Shown one piece after another: positions 34,417-38,429 of a stretch of 38,429 nucleotides of DNA. Positions within the stretch are counted from its first letter, which is position 1. Every line of letters begins with the position of its first letter. Both the position numbers and the translations under genes were made by a program. The notes below the pieces were generated by a model that was given only the letters and a program-made list of their open reading frames with translations, was not told the DNA's origin and made no database searches. The DNA comes from a virus: positions 1 through 38,429 of IMG/VR virus record IMGVR_UViG_3300045988_155207; one strand, 5' to 3'.

Positions 34417-35704
34417 TTGGAAGCCGTTCAGCGAAAAGCATAAAGCATACATACGCAACGCGTTGCGTTGCAAGATGAGCGTTGCCGAAGGATCTATTCG
34501 TAGCGGTAAGACGATTGATAACTGTATCATAGCCGCCGCCTATCTCGAACGTTGCAAGGACAAAATACACCTTGCAAGCGGAAGTACTATTGGCAATGCA
34601 AAGCTGAATATCGGTGCGTGTAATGGCTTCGGGCTTGAAAATCTTTTCCGAGGGCGGTGCAAATGGGGCAAATATAAAGGCAATGAGTGTTTGTATCTTT
34701 TCACCCAAACTGGGGAAAAGATACTAATATTCGCGGGCGGCGGGAAGAGCGACAGTTACAAGAAAATACTCGGTAACTCCTACGGGCTGTGGATAGCAAC
34801 GGAAATTAACGAACATTACGACAGCGACGACAGCCGCGAGAGCTTTATCAAAGTTGCGTTCGGCAGACAGGTTGCGAGCTATGAGCCGAAAATATTGTGG
34901 GATTTGAACCCTTGCGCACCGCGTAACAAGATTTATGATGAATATATTGACCTGTACAAAAAAACGTACATTGGCGGATATAACTATGAACATTTCACGC
35001 TCGCAGACAATTACAGCATAACCGAACAACGGCGCAAAGAGATTGAGGCGCAGTACGATCCGAACTCGGTATGGTACAGGCGCGATATACTGGGACAACG
35101 TACGGTTGCCGAGGGGCTGGTGTATCAGCAATACGCGAATACGCCCGATGAGTATGACGTGAAAGAGGTCAACCCCGCTGACCTTATGGCGGTTAATATC
35201 GGAGTGGACTTCGGCGGGAACGGCTCTGCGCACGCGTTCGTCGCTACCGGCTTTTTGCGGCGCTTTGAAAAGGTTATCCCTTTACAAAGCGTAAGGATAA
35301 CCGAAGCTATCGACCCCGAACAACTTAACCAAAGGTTTGCAGATTTTACAAAAATCGTGTATAATCAGTACAGAAAGCCGATGAACGTCTACGCCGACAG
35401 CGCAGAGCAGGTGCTTATCCGGGGATTGCGTAAGGTAGGCGTTACAGAACGCCTACCTATCGTGATACACAACGCCCGTAAATTGCCCATAAACGACAGA
35501 ATAAGGCTCGTTAATAAACTCATCGCGCAGAACCGTTTCGGGGTTTGTAGGGGCGCACAGAGCGTTAAATCGGCATTGTGCGAGGCGTTATGGAATCCGA
35601 AGAAAGAAGATGAGCGATTGGACGATAATTCGAGCGACATCGACTCTGTCGACGCCCTCGAATATTCGATTGAACCTTTCTTCGGCGAATTATCAAGAAT
35701 ATAA
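34388..35704 (+). CDS. terL: Terminase large subunit
   Basis: 438 aa. Walker A GSIRSGKT, followed by a nuclease-domain acidic residue pattern. Confidence 0.85.
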   Translation: MTMKKTQTIDWKPFSEKHKAYIRNALRCKMSVAEGSIRSGKTIDNCIIAAAYLERCKDKIHLASGSTIGNAKLNIGACNGFGLENLFRGRCKWGKYKGNECLYLFTQTGEKILIFAGGGKSDSYKKILGNSYGLWIATEINEHYDSDDSRESFIKVAFGRQVASYEPKILWDLNPCAPRNKIYDEYIDLYKKTYIGGYNYEHFTLADNYSITEQRRKEIEAQYDPNSVWYRRDILGQRTVAEGLVYQQYANTPDEYDVKEVNPADLMAVNIGVDFGGNGSAHAFVATGFLRRFEKVIPLQSVRITEAIDPEQLNQRFADFTKIVYNQYRKPMNVYADSAEQVLIRGLRKVGVTERLPIVIHNARKLPINDRIRLVNKLIAQNRFGVCRGAQSVKSALCEALWNPKKEDERLDDNSSDIDSVDALEYSIEPFFGELSRI

Positions 35705-35719
35705 AAACGGAGGAAAAGA

Positions 35720-37171
35720 ATGAACCTGAATGACATTTTGAAGCAAGTATCGGGGCGAGCCGATATGACGTACTACGACAACGCAAGCTACGTCGAACAA
35801 TGGTGGCAGTGGTATAAGGGAAAGGTGGATAAATTCCACCCGTACCAAATTTATACGGGCAAGCGGTTTGTGCCGATGACCCGCTTTTCGCTCGGCATGG
35901 CGAAGAAAGCTGCGGAAGACTGGGCGAACCTGCTTATTAACGAAAAGACCGACATCACGCTCGGCGACGAACACTCGCAGCAGGTGTTGAATGGTATATT
36001 TGAGGGCTGTAATTTTTGGCGTAAAGCGAACGACGGAATCGAAAAAGCGTTTGCGCTCGGCGGCGGGGCGTTCGTTGTTTCTGTGGATAACCTGACAGCC
36101 GATGAGAACGGCGATGTAATTACGGATAACGGCGCGAAAGTAAAGGTATCGTTTATTAACGGCAAAAAGATACGTCCTATCACGTTCGAGGACGGGGACA
36201 TCACGGAGTGCGCGTTTATTACCGTCGGTAACAAAGAAACGAAGATTGCAGTACATTTACGCGACGAGAGCGGTATTTACAAAATTCACAATATCGTATG
36301 CGACGGCGACGATGAGAATATGCTGACCGTGCGACAGGACGATTATTACGTTTTCGATACGAAAAGCACGCTGCCGTGGTTTTATGTATTCCGCCCGAAC
36401 ATTGCAAACAATATCGACATTAACAGCCCGCTCGGGATAAGCATTTTTGCGAACGCTATTGACCTGCTGAAAGAAATTGACATCGTTTTTGACAGCTATC
36501 AGAACGAGTTTGTGCTCGGGCGCAAGCGTATCTTTATCAACGCACGCTCCGCTACAATCACAAGAAATGGCGAGGAAGTAGAGGTATTTGACAGCAACGA
36601 CGTTGCGTTTTATGTCCTGCCCGAAGCCGAAAGCGATGACGGGGTATTTATCAAGAATGACACGCAAAACTTACGCGTTGCAGAGCATGAGCAAGCATTG
36701 CAGAATTTGCTGAACCTGTATTCGTATGCGTGCGGCTTCGGCACAAATCATTACAAGTTCAACGGCGGGAGCATTGCCACCGCAACGCAGGTCGTGAGCG
36801 AAAACAGCGACCTTTTCCGTAACCTGAAAAAGCACGAAATCATTATTGAGGAAGCATTGCGCACAATCGTCAAGGCAGTTTCCTATGCCGTGAATACGTT
36901 CACAAGTGAAAGCATGAACGACAACGAGATACAAATCCAGTTCGACGATAGCATTATCGAGGACAAACAAGGCGAGATGGCGAACGACCGCCTCGACGTA
37001 AGTATGGGCGTAATGAGCAAAGCGGAGTTCCGCGCAAAGTGGTACGGTGAAGACCTCGAAACGGCGCAGCGTAAAATCGATGAGATGAGCAGCTTTACGA
37101 TAACGGACACAGAACCGTACACAGACGGAACGGAAGGCGGTGAAGACAATGCCGGCGGACAAAATTCATAA
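35720..37171 (+). CDS. Portal protein (SPP1 gp6-like)
   Basis: 483 aa, GGAGG RBS, follows terL. Confidence 0.8.
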   Translation: MNLNDILKQVSGRADMTYYDNASYVEQWWQWYKGKVDKFHPYQIYTGKRFVPMTRFSLGMAKKAAEDWANLLINEKTDITLGDEHSQQVLNGIFEGCNFWRKANDGIEKAFALGGGAFVVSVDNLTADENGDVITDNGAKVKVSFINGKKIRPITFEDGDITECAFITVGNKETKIAVHLRDESGIYKIHNIVCDGDDENMLTVRQDDYYVFDTKSTLPWFYVFRPNIANNIDINSPLGISIFANAIDLLKEIDIVFDSYQNEFVLGRKRIFINARSATITRNGEEVEVFDSNDVAFYVLPEAESDDGVFIKNDTQNLRVAEHEQALQNLLNLYSYACGFGTNHYKFNGGSIATATQVVSENSDLFRNLKKHEIIIEEALRTIVKAVSYAVNTFTSESMNDNEIQIQFDDSIIEDKQGEMANDRLDVSMGVMSKAEFRAKWYGEDLETAQRKIDEMSSFTITDTEPYTDGTEGGEDNAGGQNS

Positions 37172-37967
37172 ATGGACGGACGAGGAGTTAAAGCGTTTAG
37201 AAAAACGCATTAACTCCGAATACACAAAGGCGTATCAGGAAATACGCAAGGAAATGGCGGATATTATGCAGAAAATATCCACAAATCCGAATATGTCTTT
37301 GCAACAGAAAATGGCGGAAATGAACAAGTATAACCGCCTGCAAAACCTGTCAAAGCAAATGGCGGAAGTCCTGCAAGACACGAATAAAACGGCGCAAAGT
37401 TTTATTAGCAAAAGTATGCAGAATGTGTATAAAATGAACTACAATTTTTCGGCAGAACAGCTCGGTTTTTCGTTGCTCGATAATACCGCCGTGAAGAACA
37501 TTTTGACGGGCGAAGTCAATCCGTTTACAAAGCTGTCAATCGCTGGCGAGCTCGACAAGCGCGCAATCATGCGCAAGCTGGAAAGCGAGCTGACCACGGG
37601 CATATTAAAAGGCGAGAGCATACCGAACATCGCAAAGCGGTTGAAAGCCGTTTCGGAAGGCTATCTCGGCGACACGATACGTATCGCCCGCACGGAGACC
37701 ACACGGGTAGAGGGCAGCGCAAGACAAGCCGTCGGCGATGAAGGGAAGCGCAGGGGTTTCGAAATGTGGAAAAGGTGGGTCGCCACGGCAGATGATAGAA
37801 CGAGAGATGAACACTTGGATGCAGACGGTCAGGAAGTGCCGAACGATGAGCCGTTCATAGTCGGCGGCGAACAGCTTATGTACCCAGGCGACATATCACT
37901 CGGAGCCAGTGCGTGGAATGTCATAAATTGCCGTTGTACAATCGTAAATTTTATTAAAGAGGCGTAA
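37149..37967 (+). CDS. Head morphogenesis protein (Mu F / SPP1 gp7-like)
   Basis: ATG at 37149. The C-terminal motif ...PFIVGGEQLMYPGD... and the position after the portal support this. Confidence 0.7.
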   Translation: MPADKIHKWTDEELKRLEKRINSEYTKAYQEIRKEMADIMQKISTNPNMSLQQKMAEMNKYNRLQNLSKQMAEVLQDTNKTAQSFISKSMQNVYKMNYNFSAEQLGFSLLDNTAVKNILTGEVNPFTKLSIAGELDKRAIMRKLESELTTGILKGESIPNIAKRLKAVSEGYLGDTIRIARTETTRVEGSARQAVGDEGKRRGFEMWKRWVATADDRTRDEHLDADGQEVPNDEPFIVGGEQLMYPGDISLGASAWNVINCRCTIVNFIKEA

Positions 37968-37969
37968 CT

Positions 37970-38161
37970 ATGGAATACAGGCAAGAACCGCAGAAAAACA
38001 GCAATGTGAAATACATTTTAGAGGGCGGCATTTTCAAAAAGATGTACGTCGTAAAAGAAACGGATACGGGCTTTTACCTGCGCAAAAAGAAGATTTTAGA
38101 TATTGCAGACCCCCCACAATTTTACCTGAAAGCCTTTGTTTATGACAATAACGCGCTATAA
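37970..38161 (+). CDS. Small hypothetical protein
   Basis: 63 aa, coupled to the upstream gene. Confidence 0.4.
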   Translation: MEYRQEPQKNSNVKYILEGGIFKKMYVVKETDTGFYLRKKKILDIADPPQFYLKAFVYDNNAL

Positions 38162-38178
38162 CGGCGCGTTATTTTTTT
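38150..38178 (+). terminator. Rho-independent terminator (AACGCGC-loop-GCGCGTT + T7)
   Basis: GC-rich 7-bp stem followed by ATTTTTTT. Confidence 0.7.
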
Positions 38179-38310
38179 ATAAATTTTTATAAAATTTTGG
38201 CTCGGCTGATCGTGCTTTTATTTTGTGTAAAAATATGTGATAGACTTTTCACTCAATTTTCACTTTTCTAAAATGTCAATTTTTTATAGATATACTTTTA
38301 TATTTTTTAT

Positions 38311-38429
38311 CTTTTTTTTTATATAAGAGTGTAGTATACTTCATACATTTCTTATAACTTTTATATATAGCATTTTTATATATAGGGGTTTTATAGAAAT
38401 GTATTCATATAATACACTATACTACACGA
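38311..38429. repeat. Terminal direct repeat, copy 2 (identical to 1-119)
   Basis: Exact identity with the window start. Confidence 0.9.

Noticed and set aside
1-38429. CRISPR array or other short tandem repeat arrays
   Set aside because: No regularly spaced direct repeats of CRISPR length were found. The only repeats are the terminal duplication, the fibre-gene internal repeats and the paralog 5' ends.

Overview
The window is a complete dsDNA phage genome of about 38.3 kb, siphovirus-like, and by inference infects a Firmicutes/Clostridia host. The evidence for that host guess is strong GGAGG ribosome-binding sites, a YjcZ-like Gly-rich membrane protein, an ArpU/sigma-region-4-like HTH, and Phage_fiber_2-type tail-fibre repeats. 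Positions 1-119 are exactly repeated at 38311-38429, so the window holds one genome plus a 119-bp terminal duplication. Essentially all credible genes are on the + strand. The order of modules is: (1) a strong promoter at 171-199, then scaffold and major capsid; (2) head-tail joining and tail genes, with a tail chaperone -1 frameshift near 4400, a tape measure at 4732-6462, and tail fibres to about 12.5 kb; (3) a very AT-rich membrane-protein cassette at 13.2-15.4 kb with its own promoter and terminator; (4) small proteins at 15.5-16.9 kb ending in a strong terminator, with no canonical endolysin visible; (5) an early/replication region at 17-33 kb; (6) packaging genes at 33.15-38.16 kb, closed by a terminator. 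The early region carries an SNF2 ATPase followed by a PAPS-reductase(DUF3440)/ParB pair that looks IbrA/IbrB- or DndC/DndB-like. It also carries a PD-(D/E)XK exonuclease, YopX, a Sak4-like AAA_24 ATPase with a DUF669-like protein, an Hjc-like resolvase, a DEAD-box helicase, a prim-pol/SF3 primase-helicase, and a second ParB-domain protein next to a Mom-like protein. The packaging region has a putative TerS, TerL, an SPP1-type portal and a MuF-like head morphogenesis protein. Two paralogous PAPS-reductase-like PP-loop genes (29520 and 33613) flank TerS and share a 65-nt identical core. The single convincing minus-strand unit is a tRNA-like RNA gene (33018-33092) with its own consensus promoter and terminator. 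Eight further TTGACA-N16/17-TATAAT-type promoters sit on the + strand (one inside a tail gene). Two truncated gene remnants and an inverted internal copy of part of the terminal repeat at 26.2 kb also stand out.
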